From positions 842,853-906,852 of the forward strand of contig MNCI01000668.1 of the NCBI GenBank assembly GCA_015680685.1: DNA of 64,000 bases. Direction: 5' to 3'. The notes beneath the pieces were generated by a model. The model saw only the letters and a program-made list of their open reading frames with translations. It made no database searches and was not told the DNA's origin. Positions 26,329 through 39,859 of the stretch are shown here, one piece after another; position 1 is the first letter of the stretch, and each line of letters opens with the position of its first letter. The position numbers and the translations under genes are program-made. The DNA is from Gnetum montanum. Taxonomy: Eukaryota > Plantae > Gnetophyta.

Positions 26329-27332
26329 TCAAACCAGAGGAGCTAAGCTTGTCCTTGAAGGTAGTGTAGGAGCATCTACTAAAGAAGGAGGTTGAGGTGC
26401 ATCATCACCTACCTTCTTACTCATGAAATATTCCTCTGTCACCTTGTCATTGACCTTGTCTATGGGACCAGATGGTCCATCCTAGTCTACATCAATGATC
26501 AGCAACCTCATGAGTGCAAATGCTGGATTCACTGATTCATTAATCTCCTATTAACTACCTCTTTAGTGGAGTTCTCTCATCCTTAAGAATTGATGATGCT
26601 TGAGGATCTTCACATTGGAGACCAATCAATACATCCTTCTCTCAAGTCAATCATACTTGGCATGGAGATGCACCTCCATCTCATTATAATGTGTAATGAG
26701 ACTTGCTTGTAGGGTGTCCAACCTAGTCATGAGCTAAGCTTCATCTTCCACCAAGGCCTAGTCAGTACTCACCATACCCTATTACTAATATTGTGGTTAC
26801 TGTATGTTAGTAGAGTAGGCCTTCCAAGCAATCCTTCCTCCATCTCTAGGAATCCATGGATTAGGAATTCACTAGAAATCCTCATCTTATGTCCTAGGCA
26901 ACCATTGAGTGTAGAAGACATGTACTAGGTTTAGGAACTAGTGCTCATCCGATGAAAGAATCTACTTGATGGGAAAGGTAGGTGGTTGAATTTAGAAATG
27001 CTGATACAATGCTAAGATCATGGATGGAAAGGGGATCCCATTAGCATCTTAGACTACCAACTCCATCCTAGATAAGATAATAAATAGATAATTGAGGGTA
27101 CAAGAATCTTCTAAGTCACTCATCGCCAACATGGTAAAGGACATGACATGTGTAAAATTAGAGCTACCTAGAATGTTCATCATCACAATCCTTGTAAGAA
27201 TTCTCCTTTCAATAGAAAGATTCTTATTAGGCCATCTTGTCTCATCGATCATCACATTAGCAGATTTGCAACTACTGAAGATTATCCTTGAGGATGCCCC
27301 CTCTTGTGCTAGGAAGTGCAAGAAGTTCCTTG
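26329..27332 (-). pseudogene. env-like/extra ORF of D, preceded by a splice acceptor
   Basis: RRILTRIVMMNILGSSNFTHV...LNYLFIILSRM...GIPFPSMILAL, then coiled-coil-like LMTRLDTLQASLITHYNEMEVHLHAKYD*LERRM. Acceptor TACTAATGTTTCCTATAG ends at 27333. Confidence 0.7.
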
Positions 27333-29240
27333 CTATAGGAAACATTAGTACACATACAATGATAATATAATGCATTAAGAAAAACATGAATATAATGGAA
27401 AATTGCAAATAACATAATGTTAATAAATTACACAAAGTACAAAAAAAGAAACCAACTTATATAAATCAACACAAATAATTCCCAAATCTCAACAATGTTG
27501 GTGTCCCCAACTAGGTCTACATTGTCCTCAACGTACATGCCTAGTGCAAATGTGAAAAATAACTATTTAGGTAAGAAAAGATTTGGAATTATATAATAAG
27601 GAATCTATTTAACATCTAATAGTGGATTTACTACTATAGCATAAATGTAGTTCATAAGAATACACATTGAGCATCTTAATACTATCTCATACTATTAGGT
27701 AAGTCTCAAATTGAAGTTATTATTTTCCTAGGTCTAACTTAGAGAAAGCCCAAAATGAACATGATATTAAGTATTTACAAGTAGGAGAGTCTAGTAAAAT
27801 ATTTTTCCCTTTCTAGTAATAAAATTTTAATTTCAATTGCTCATGCATAGACCCTAGCATGATATTACTATAGAAGATATCCTTATCTTAGTTTCTAACT
27901 CTTTATGTAGCAAGAACTAAAAGATTCTAACAGAAAACAAAAAAGCCTAATTTAATACAACATTTAAAATTACAAAAATGCTTGGAACACTATAAAAAAA
28001 AGTACTAGAATACCAAGGGGGTACCAAAAATCCTAGAATTCATCCATGAATGTTTACTCATTTCAGAAAAAAACGATGATGTACTATATTTTCTTGTAAC
28101 AACGTGAAATTGGAAATCTCAGAGAAAAATTCTTGAGAACAAGAGATTTGAAGTCCAACTTAGGCATTTTGAAGAGGGAAGAAGGCTTGGTGGTTAGATC
28201 CAATTGCTATGCGCATGATGAAAGCTTACCTAAACTCTTGGATGTGTCCTATAGTGCTCTACAATGCAAAATGGTTTTTTCTTTTTGTTTCGTGGAACTA
28301 CTATTATTTTTGTATTCTTAGTCAAGTTGTAACCGTCTTTGAGTCACAACCCATCACAACATGCTAATGAAAAAATTTTATAATTTTAAAGTTGCGATCA
28401 ATTGTGCATTTCATCTCATTGTACTATTTTGAAAATCCTAGAAACTAACATTATAGTGCAATGCACTGTAGTTCAGAGTCATTCACACTGTCCGAAATTC
28501 AAAAACATAAATTCCAAATTGTGGTGAACTATGAGCTGCACTTTGTCACAGGTGTCAAACTTCTATAGAGTAAACTCCAAGGAAATTACGGCTTCTAGTA
28601 AGACTTCGAGTAATTGTGAGTCATACCATAATTGCACTTCCTAATTTAAGATAATTCTTCAATAAATATTCAGAAAAAGAAAATAGAACATAGAGTAAAG
28701 AGAAAAGAAAGTAAGAAAAATGAAGAAAAACTTTGTGACAAAAGAATAACTAAGGTGTTAGTGCTTGGTAAATATGAAGATATTGGTTGATAGCTTAAGT
28801 AAATTTACTTTAAAAAAATAATATAAACACATGACACTATCACATTCAAACATTCATGAATCATTGTTTACCAACTTATCCATGTTTTATGACACTACAT
28901 TCTCAAAAGTACATAGTCATTCCTACTAAAAGTAGTAGTTAGTGATAGAGACTCTTTATGCATCAACATAATAAACTTATGTTGGTACCATGAACAAGAG
29001 AGAGCTTAGTATGAAAAACACTTTATTAGCAATTAATTTAGTTTTTATATTTTTTTAATAATATTTTTAGTGATTATGCAATTGTTTCACTGCCATCAAA
29101 ATATGGTCTGTAAATAATACAAACTTTGCTTTTGGTTTAGTTCCATGGTTGCAACGGGCAAAGATGTTTGTTAAAATGCATTCTCCATTTTGTAAACCTA
29201 TAATAAGTTATGATTTCTTATTGTATTTCCATTAGAACAT

Positions 29241-30030
29241 TGATGAGTTATCATTTCGTCCACCACGATATCGCGTACGTGATATTGCAGCCTGTCTCCT
29301 CATCTATAAATAAGAGGTAGACAATTCTGATAGGCAGTTTTTAGTTCTTAGTTTAAGTGTTAAGTTTTAAGTAGTTCTTCTCTCAACCCTTCTCTCCCAG
29401 TGTATGCCTACAGTGTGGTGATTGTAATTGTGCAGCATCCTTATTTGAGTGTGACATACTTGGACACACACATGACTGGAAATAAAGATCAAGATTGCTT
29501 CATCATTGCAGCATTCACTTAGCTTAATTATTTATTTAATTATTATTTACTACTTTCTTTGTTAATATCTTCTTACCCCAAAATCCTGTTAAACGCAAAA
29601 TGATTACGACTTGATTACGAGCATTTAAGTGTGACTACTTGGTAACCAAGTAGCGTACCTAGGATCTGTGCTTGGTAATCCCAGTGGTAGTCATGCATGA
29701 AGTCCAAGATGTGTACGAATGATTGAGGAATGGATGCTCATCGTACTTAGGCTAGCTCAGATTCCCTCTTGACCTCTCTCTTAGCTTAGTTAATATTATT
29801 TTTCATTATCTCCAGGAGTAGCATTACTATAGGAACACATCATACATCTCATTCTAGACTAAACCATATGTGAAAAAGTTAAACACTAGTCTAGATGGGA
29901 AGACAACGAACTTTAACCTAAGGATAACTATCTTGATACCACAACTAGTCCTTCTATGGAGTTCAACCGGATCGTGCGTGAAATGCTCATATTTGTATGG
30001 TTGAGTGTAGGGGTACCTTGCCACTCATCA
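29241..30030 (+). repeat. 5' LTR of B
   Basis: TGATGAG...CTCATCA terminal inverted repeat; TATAAATAAG at ~29305. Confidence 0.96.
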
Positions 30031-30031
30031 T

Positions 30032-30050
30032 TGGCATCGTTACCGAGGAT
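30032..30050 (+). promoter_or_regulatory. PBS, tRNA-Asp type
   Basis: TGGCATCGTTACCGAGGAT differs from TGGCGCCGTTGCCGGGGAT only by transitions. Confidence 0.85.
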
Positions 30051-30174
30051 AGTGCTAGTTATCCAAACTAGTTATATCATACAAGGTCGTTGCATAGGAA
30101 TTAACAATATATCTCTTAAGAAGAAGAAATAATTATGAAAAGTTACATATAAATTCACACACAATTTTATAACC

Positions 30175-32160
30175 ATGCCTCTCCTACAAGACTATAATAA
30201 TGCCACATCTAGTGAGGCAATTCATTGGAGAACCAACGAACTATATGACAATGAAGATTGGATTACGCAACCTAAGGTGGGGGTTTCTTATAAACATAAA
30301 CGAAGGAAACATCATCCCAATGCATAGAAGCATAACTTACTTGATGACGATGAACCCCTATTGGCCACTACAAGCCTAGCGCAAATACAAGAGGCTGTTC
30401 GAATCTCCCATAGGCATCGTAAAGAGAGCTGCCTACCCAAGCTCAATTTAAACAACTTTACCAATTTCTCACGGGGCTATGACTTAGATCCACATAAACA
30501 TTTACAAGCCTTCTACGATGCCTGTGCATGGAACAACATTGATGATGGTTGGCAAAAACTCAAGCTCTTTCCTATGATACTCATTGGCCAAGAAAAAGTA
30601 TGGTATAAAACCAAATTCAATACGAAGTTGGCCAACTATGGTAGAACTCTTTAACGAAAGATATCAAACCTACACAAGAGTGTCAACCTTGACAAAACAA
30701 ATCCAAGAGTGGAAAAAAGCACAACATGAACCCTTGGACATGGCCTTAGAAAGATATTATGCATTGTTAAACAACTGTCCAGGCCATGAGTTCTCCAAAG
30801 AAAGGCTAATGTACCATATCATTGATGGGCTTCATGATGAAACAAGAGAGACCTTAGGAATGTATGCCCAAGGTCAACTGTACAAACTATGAACCCATCA
30901 ATTCCAAGAGCTTATTAAGCGAGTAGCAAAAGAAGAAGGAGAAATGGCTAGATGGGAGAGTGTTGAAAAACATCAATGGGACCAGAATCTCAACTTAACA
31001 CATGTCCATAATCACAAAAAGGAGAAATCAACCTATCTCAAGGAGGAAAAACCATCTTTGCCAACACAATAATCACTAGAAGAAGTCAAGGAAAAGATCA
31101 ATAAGGTGTTGGAATGAACACATAAAAAGTGTGGAGAATTTATCAATATTATTGGAGATAGAGTTTTAACAACCCAAGAAGTAGGAAAAAATATCATTAG
31201 ACATTCAAAATGAAGGAATGAAGAAGATAAGAGTTCAACTACCGATCATACATATGAATGTAACATTTTCCTGTACGATCACCCCAAGGGTCAATGCCCA
31301 ATCTTGTTACATTTATATGAGCATTGGGGAAACATGTTACACCCAGAGTTCGTACAAAGATACTATGTTTGATCAAAGTGGAAACAATGCCAATCATGGG
31401 GGAAGTCACCCCTAAACTAGAGACATCCTTCATATTATCCGAATCCAAATGCTTCTCTAGTCCAATATCCTATTTTCTCAACTAGGTCAACATACTCTAT
31501 CTCACCGCAATATCATTCTCCTAAATACTATTAGTCCATGTCCTCAACACAACCACCACCTTGTTGAGCTTACACCTCTCCAAAATTTCAACATTCTCAT
31601 CCTTTCCCTCCTTCTACGTCGCCACCAACTGTTTCTGAAGTGTTTGCACCACAGAAAAAACCCACGAATGTTACTTGTGCTACTACTACCAACAGCAGTG
31701 AAAGGCCTCCTTAACATCAAAAGCATCCCTTCTTTAAACATGAACGTAGGAAGGGACAACATAATTCCAAGGCCACTGCATTCTCCAACTAAACACAAGT
31801 CCAACTCTGTGGTGCATCCTTCTCTTCGAACCCAACACCTCATGTCACCTCATCAGGACTACCAATTAACACTCCAAAAACCATATGGCCCAATGAATAT
31901 AGCCATGGAGAGCAACATCCTGATCCTTGCATACCATCTTATGGTCCCAAGTATTATAGTGGGTTAACTCTTTATCCAGGAACCACATCTCATAAATTGC
32001 CCCACTATCTTTACTATAATCAAGTTTGTGAACCCCAATGGGGTAGGTATGACCAAGTTCTGGTATTTCCAACATGCAAGGATCCTCATCTTTCAACTGT
32101 TAATCCTCGCTATGCTCAAACGTTTAGTTATGGGGGATATCCCCCATTCTAATAACAAGT
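30175..32160 (+). pseudogene. gag: gag of B
   Basis: MPLLQDYNNATSSEAIHWRTNE...DLDPHKHLQAFYDAC...KLKLFPMILIGQEKVWY / PNSIRSWPTMVELFNERY...LERYYALLNNCPGHEF (Athila-type retrotransposon gag), followed by a P/S/H/Y-rich tail. Confidence 0.88.
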
Positions 32161-33538
32161 AGGATTAATAAATAATTTTCATTTTGTTTAATTTTACACC
32201 TTTTTTTTCCAGTTTTTCAGTTTTCAATTTCTTGTTTTATCTTTTTAGCTTTTCATAAGTAATCTCATCTATGAATAAAATACTCATGTGGCTCACTGGT
32301 TGAGGTGTGTTCTATGTTATTGAGTCTTGAGTGATCAATGATTTGGACAGTGAGCCCATTACACCCACTCATCCACTCTACAAATAAGAGGTTCTATTCA
32401 AGGGTACAATGATATTCTTAACATCCTTAAAACTTAAAATTAATCTTGTGTTCATTGTACCTAGAATGAAGAAGGATGGACCAAGAGGGAATGATTAGGG
32501 TGTGACATCAAGGGGACTTGCAGATTCTTTTTGGTGACATCTATGGGAGCTATCATGCAATGTGGTTGTACTAAGATCCTTGTAGATCTAACAAAAAATT
32601 GGGAGTAAGAGTAATCAAAAGAACACTAAAAAATCCAATGTTGTTCTAGGGGGTCCCACTGGAAAGATAGGCACCCATGCCTGAAGTTTGGTATCTTCTC
32701 TAGATCCAGCAATCGAAAAAAAGGAGAGAGAAAGAGAAAAAGAAAATGAAAAGAAACGTGCCATAAAGAAAAAATCACTCCTCCCTTGAATAAAATGCCA
32801 AGTGATCATATGCCTTATTATTATGGTACTCTCATAATTGCTCATTATGGGATGAAACAATGCAGTGTCACTAAAGAGAGGAATGGACTTGGTCCTGATC
32901 TTGGAACGATGGGTTAATGACACATTAATCATGCTTTACATGCAAGATTCACTGTGCCCTAGGTCAGTTACCTCATGCCCCCATCTCTACAATCCATTCT
33001 ATAGTCCATCTCATCTTGTTGTTCATGTAATTGTTGTTTGAGTCTTGTATAGTGTAGAATTCTGACCTCATTCTGGTGATACTTACATGTGTGTGTTTTG
33101 TGGAACCAGTGCGGATTACATTTAACCCTTCTAGTGCCCATGAACACTTTTAAGTGTGGTTACACAAGGGCATTATAGGTGGGAACCTACTTTGGGGAGG
33201 ACCCACTTGTGTAATCTTTTGTAATTTTTACTCATAACACAGCTCACACACATCATTTATTACCCTTAGTGTATTTTCCACTCTATTATTTCCCTTATTA
33301 CTATCCCTTCGAATTCCAACATTCCTATGAAACATCACGTGGCCTTTTTCTCTCACTTACCACCCAAAGCCTTTGTTGACCAATTCCACCCACATATAAT
33401 TATTCATGCCTTCACAACTATCTAAATTACCCTAGACCCTTTAACACGTGACCACATGTCCTTAATTTCCATTGTTAATTCCAGAAAAACCTTTAAAATT
33501 TGGTATTTTTCCTTCGACCTAAACATCACAGCCTATCG

Positions 33539-35733
33539 ATGGTCACCCATAGCCTTGGTTGCCTTTGGCTATGGCCGCCACCAGAGTCTAGCCTCGCAGA
33601 TTCATCTGACTGGTTCTTTTCCTAGTTAGATGGATAAGATGAGTCTGGCTTTCAACGGTAATCTCCTAAGCCACGGTGTCAACAAAGGGACTAGTGCCTC
33701 TTGCTACGGTTCCTTCTCCTTGGCCTGTGCTCTCCTTTTTGCTCCAGATGACACTTGTTTCAATAGCCTCCCCCGCGATTAGGGTGATTTCTTTGTTATT
33801 TATTATGTTTTGCAGGTTACTTGCTATGATAACATTGTTCAAAGGTGCATTCACTAGGAGGGTGAGGCGTCATAGCATTCTGAGGTGGCTACTTAGACTA
33901 GCCTGACTACTTGGGAGTGCAGACCCTACCTTTCCCTCCACTAGACACCTTATCTTACTTTCTCCTTCCCTTATCCTTACAACCACCCTTACCCTCTTCT
34001 CCTATTTGTACAGAATGTGAGCATACAAGAAGTCTTTCGCATATGAATAACCATGACTTCAATGAACTGGCATAACACAACTCACCTCATGGAAAGCATC
34101 TATAATTTAAAAAAAATGGGCAAAGCTAGGAAAAATGGATGAAACACAAGTTGCCCAAGCAAGCCCTGCATATACAGTACAACAGTAGTGTAACCTCTCA
34201 GGAAAACACCCATGAGAAGTTATCTAGCAACATGTTTGCGAAGCATTCTTTACACGCTTGAGTCTTTCCTAAACCTTCCTCCCTAAAAAATGTAAGATCC
34301 CTCCTATGCTCCTTCTACTCCTAACCTTCGCACTTCCAGGTTTGATAGAGCGGCATTCGAGTAGTAGCCGACAAACAATGTTGACGTCTTTACCTCTGTA
34401 GTGTTTCGTATTCTTTGTCGACATCTCTCGGGTGAGCCCTCCAGACATCAACAAAGAGGGGCCATTGAAACACCATGAAATTCGAGACCTCGATGATTCA
34501 GCAAAGTCTTAGAGCTTAAGCAAAAGATTTTCACAAGTGGAACAAATCAGCAAATTCCCTTTTCGGCTAAGGGCCTATTACACTACACTACATAGCACAG
34601 CGTAATAGACTCCAGAAGATAGAACAAAACAAGGGGTGTGTAGTGGCAACGCTTCAACTTTGCAAATTAGCTATGTTTCAAAAATCTTAACTTTTGGCAT
34701 ATTACGCCATGTTACGCAATGCAACGTAATGTAGCATAATGCAAGCAGATAGTCGATTTAGTCACAACGACAGAGATAGAAAAATTCAAGCATTAGCGGT
34801 TGTTACGCCACGATACGCTCCCTGGTGTATTGTAGTGTAATTGCAGCACAGTTTGTTACTGAAGCCCTGAAAATCCTACAACACTAAAGACAATGGTAGA
34901 TTACACCATACTATACTTCAGAGTGTAGCATAGCATAACTCTACAAACTTCAGCAATGGCACATCAGGTCAACGGTATTTTGTGAGCCCAGGACATGCGT
35001 CATCTAAACCATGTTGTTCTCCTAACCCTAATTTTATAAATACCCCAGTTGACAATGATCAAAGGGTTGGCAATTCTCTGGGTGGGTAGCTATTAGCAAT
35101 TGTTGGCAATTTTGGCAAATAATTGGTGAGAGAACAAAAGAGAATCGGCAATCGAAAGAACATAGACGGTGGTGGAGAGAAGCCTTTGGTCAAAGATTTG
35201 ATGTCAGCAGATATTTTGCTTCCAGTAAGACTCCCTTGTGCCTAGATTGGTTAGAACAAGGTAGATTTGGCCTTTTCTTGTTTCATCTTTGAATAGCTAC
35301 TTGTTGTTGGCATGCATTTCGTCTAAACCGAAGATCGCTTGCAATCATTGTATTTAACTTATTTGCTTATAAATTAAATCCTAGATCTTAGGATTGCACA
35401 TCCTCCAAATTCAATTTATTGCATCTTATTTACATTAATTGCATAACTTTTTTGCATCGTTTACATCGTCATCACTACCTTCAAGATTCGATCTTAGAGC
35501 AGATCTTGTTTTTCTCATCAACTAGTATCATATTTTCTCATTGAAATCGTTATCTCGTGATCCGATCATTACAAAATTTATTGATTAAGTAAGTCCTTGC
35601 TTGATCGATAAGACTGTTCAGGGCACCTCGAATTTGTTTTCTCTAGCATGGCCCTCGCACAAATTTAGGGTTGGAACTGTGTACATGAAATTTCGTTCGG
35701 TATTTCCAGCACTCGACATTTTCTATTGTTCCA
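33539..35733 (+). repeat. 5' terminal repeat of C (core LTR probably 34466-35733, preceded by duplicated 3'-UTR and PPT)
   Basis: Direct repeat of 49409-51591 (~85-90% by eye). Internal AAAGAGGGGCCAT|TGAAAC at 34453-34471. TATAAATA at 35035. Confidence 0.9.
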
Positions 35734-35739
35734 ATTTTC

Positions 35740-35766
35740 TAGCTCTAGAAGGAGGGCTTGAACCTC
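35740..35766 (+). promoter_or_regulatory. PBS complementary to the plant tRNA-Asn 3' end, extended
   Basis: TAGCTCTAGAAGGAGGGCTTGAACCTC versus the tRNA-Asn complement TGGCGCTAGAAGGAGGG(C/G)TCGAACCTC (tRNA sequence recalled, not searched). Confidence 0.8.
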
Positions 35767-35992
35767 TAATCTATGCTTCATGAGTAGTCCTGTAAGATGT
35801 CTGTACCCATTGTCGATCGACATAAATGTAATACCTCTGTGGTTGTTTATGAGATCGTGTGGTACAAATTAGTCGCTTCGATGATTCCTTTGGAATCCTG
35901 CAGGATAGAAAGCCCATTATTTTTTCACCTTAGCTTGCCTTTGCCCTTGTGATCTTTATCCTTGTTGTCATTACTCTCGAGCCATATAGAGA

Positions 35993-38900
35993 ATGGTTGC
36001 ATCAACCACTGCTATTGACACTGCTAACCTCAAAAACCCTTGGATGCTGCAAGTTACACCTTCTGTTGTCGAGCCACCAACCAGTTTGATTTGACCATGC
36101 TGATTCCTCAGGCTCCAAAATAAAGAGCCTGAGGGACATGCTCAGTGCAGGGAATATTACAATTTCCTCTATGCTAAAATTATAGCAAATTTTCCTATGT
36201 ATCCACAAGAACTCGAAGAAAAATGTGAATATGAGTTCATATACTGCAATGTGAAGGAATTTATTCCTTCACCTAATGCCACTATACCTCTAACAAACCA
36301 ACAATAGTGGATCCTAGATCAACTGTTGGTGGCCAGGGCATCAACAGAACAAAGAGAGAAGTTGTTCCATGATGAAGTGCTTCATGATGGACAAGAGGAT
36401 CTAGATTCCCATTCCGAGGGAGGTAGTCACACTAGCTATGCTATGGCCCTCCCTCCATGGCATCCCATGTAAATCTGCTATTCATAGTCACTACGCCCTT
36501 GTTATTATCTAATTCTAACTGCATCCCACACTTGCCCCAACCACATTTTTTTCCTCCAGCTACCCTTCCAGGTGGTGTCCCTTCACAAATCATTCCTCCG
36601 TAGGCATAGTTAGCTAATCCATCTCATCATATGCATGCGCCTACATCACCGTATGTGCACGTAGTGCCTACTTCGCAATTACATGCAGCACCTACATTCA
36701 TCCCAGCTTACACAACAGGACCTGCCACTACCATGTGGTGGGTTACAAACACATCATCCCTTGTTGCATAGCCTACACAGATGTTCCATATCCACCACCA
36801 TTAGCACCAAGTCCCGCATACGTTAAATCCCACTATAGGGTCATTGTATGTGCCCCCGACCATGCAAATAGCATATCCCATGGCATAGTCGATGGTGGTT
36901 GTCCCATCTGCACCACCTATGAGGTGGTGGATGTCACAAGTGGCACCACCTGTAGGGATGGTTCTGATAACATCGCACACAGGCCAAGTTGCCACCCTAT
37001 CTTGTCACCTAGCGTGGCTCCTCCTGCCATTTCACAACCCACCTCTTCGTCCATGGGTTTAGATCAAGCCTTCCAACTTATTCAAACCCTTACCGAGGAG
37101 GTTAAACACCTCAAGGTTGTCAGTTCTGACATAATAGAGGTCATGGATTTTTACCATGATGATCCTATCAATCCGGCAGTACCCATTTTGTTGTTACCTC
37201 CTAGGATGCCACTTCCTCATTTTACAAAATACAATGGAGAAGGTGATCCTAATGCTCATCTAGTCACCTTTAGGTCAAAGTCATTGTTGCTACAGCAATG
37301 GCCACATACCATCATTCGTGTCTTTGCTATGTCCCTAATAGTTAAAGATTTAGGTTGGTATCATGTACTTCCACGCTCTTCCATCTCAACCTTGGAAGAG
37401 CTGTTAACTCAACTCGTGACTCATTTCAAATACAACCTGAAACCATAAGTCACATTGGATCAGCTCATGGGAGTCAAGCAAGATCTGCTTGAGCCAGTCC
37501 AAAAGTTTATATAGTGGTGGAGCACAACCTTGAATGAAATCTGTGAACCTATCGCGGAGGCCCATCTATTGGCAATCTTCAAGGGGGTAGTCAATGACTT
37601 CATTAAGTCCAAAATGTATTACCTTGCTCCCTGCTCCCTTAGCCAAGCCTTCGCTCAGACTAAGAGGATTCAAAATGCAGCAAAGGCTAGTAAATACCCA
37701 GCATATGTGGTCTACAAAATGCCCACAACAAGGGCAAAGACAAAGGTAAAGCTACAACAATGACTGTAGCAATGGTGGCTGAAGGGGCCAAGAAGAAAAA
37801 TAACAATAAGAAAGTATCTACGGTGCCTGCTGAGGTCGCAACTAGCTCAAACAACATCGATCAGGAAACATCACCCACCCTTGAGGCATCCCCACAATCG
37901 AAGCCTAATTTTGAGTGTAAAGATTGCTTAAAATACATAGCTCTACCTGTAAAGCCTTCAGAATTTCTGAAGTAACTACTAGGAACTGACCACATTCAAC
38001 ACAAGAAGGTATTCGAGGAGGGTTTGAAACACCATAGGCGACATTGTGAGCTACTCAAGAACCCCTCCTTGGCCCTGCATAATGAACCACTAGTTCCCAA
38101 AAACTTGAGGTTGGACTATTTCTGTGACTATCACCAGCTGTGTGGTCATGACATAGATTACTGCTGGGCATTGAAAAATGACATTCAACACATGATCGAT
38201 CAAGGTAAACTGATCTTAGATAGCAGTAGTCCAGTCTGTCTAGAAAACCAGTCCATGCATGTGCACCAAGACTCGTTAAACACAAATAATGCAGGGTACA
38301 CTATCAATGTAGTGGACATAGAGGGAGATGGCCAGGAATAGCCAAAGAAACCCTTTATGTTATGTGTACCTCCTTGTCTACCTCAAACAACAAGCTTATC
38401 AACATCGACGAGTGCGGCTCAACGATAACCTTTTGTCCTTTGAGTCCCGTCTCAAACCCTCGTTCCACAACCTACTACTAGTAAAGCCGTTGCCCAGCCT
38501 GTGCCCACACCTAGGGCACCCTTTGTCATCAGGGTGCCAAAGCCATCAGTTGCTCCTACTATGTAGTGACAAATATCTAAGCCCCAAGCTCAACCTACCA
38601 GGAAAGGAGAAGGATGTATGAAAGGTAACACAGCTAAGGATAGCCTTACGCTTGGGTTCTCTAAGCCTACACCCCTCGCCTTGGCGCCCTTGTCCCCACC
38701 CTCTGACAAAGACGACTTCACACAAATGTGAACATCTTCTCCCAACCCAAGAAAACACAACCCTCAACTAGAAATTGTTCCTCCTTAGGAGATTCATCTC
38801 TTAGAACGAAAGGAAGAAGAGAAGGGTAGCAAACAATCTAATCATGGGCATGATCTCCTCAACACTTTTAAGCAAATCAAGCAGGCTCTTAAATAAAAAA

Positions 38901-39757
38901 AATACAACTTTGAGCCTCTATGACTTGTTGATGACATCACAAAAGCATCGTGAAGCCATGGTTCGCATGTTAGCGTTCATACTTGTGGATGAGGGCTTGC
39001 CCGCAGAAGAAGAAGAAATCCATTCGATCATGCTTTCTTCCACTGCTAAATAGGCACGGTCTCCCCAATTGACATTTCATGATGAATCCATTAAGGATGA
39101 CCCGAAAAAGGGTCAGGTGACAATAGTACCCATGTTCATAACTATCCAGGTCAGCCAGTACAGAATCCAGAGAGTATACGTAGATGACGGGGCTACTACC
39201 AATGTCATTCCATACCCCATAGTGGATAAACTGGATTTGATCGACCAGATCAATCCCACGTCAATGTCATGTTTGAATTCATTCAACGGGGCACAAGTGC
39301 AAGTCAAGGGAACAGTACACATCAACTTTGTAGTGGGGGATCAATTCCCCACAAATGCAGTGTTTATCGTCATCGAGGAGATGCCCAGTTTCAACCTAAT
39401 CTTGGGGAGGTCTTGCTTGGCTCAACTAAGGGTGGTCTCATTACCCATTCATCAAGGGATACACTTTCCCTATGCAGGAGAGGAAGTGATCATCCATGAT
39501 GATAAGATGATCCCTTAAGCTGTTAACAACGTAAAAATGGAACAGGGTTCGGAGATTGAAATCCTCGAAGATCAGTCTCCTATCCCAACACTTGAATAGG
39601 CCAACATAGTGGCTGATGATAGCTTAAATTGGGCTGAACTACCCTTCTAGGGAGAAGATGGCAGCGTAGAGGAATGAAGTAATAAACCTCCTCGTCCATT
39701 TGCGTCACCAAGTCTGAAAATGATCAAGAAGCGGTTGCGAGGCTAATTGATAAACAT
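35993..39757 (+). pseudogene. gag-pol: gag-protease of C
   Basis: ATG at 35993. Gag core LPPRMPLPHFTKYNGEGDPNAHLVTF...FAMSL...LGWYHVLPRSSISTLEEL. Knuckle FCDYHQLCGHDIDYCWALKNDIQHMIDQG. Protease RVYVDDGATTNVI...SFNLILGRSCL. Confidence 0.92.
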
Positions 39758-39859
39758 GTTAGTGTAACATGTCATATTACTATACATTGCTTATTGTCAT
39801 GTAGTCCACATTATTTTATGCCACATCATTATTGTTATGCTTTTAAACTACATATGACA

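Noticed and set aside
33676-33906. Short ORFs repeated at 49542-49733 (also 35601 / 51459)
   Set aside because: They recur only because they lie in C's terminal repeats, and their ends are not conserved between copies.
35740-35775. Possible tRNA-Asn gene on the minus strand
   Set aside because: Only the 3' third matches, with no D-arm or anticodon arm; its position marks it as a PBS.
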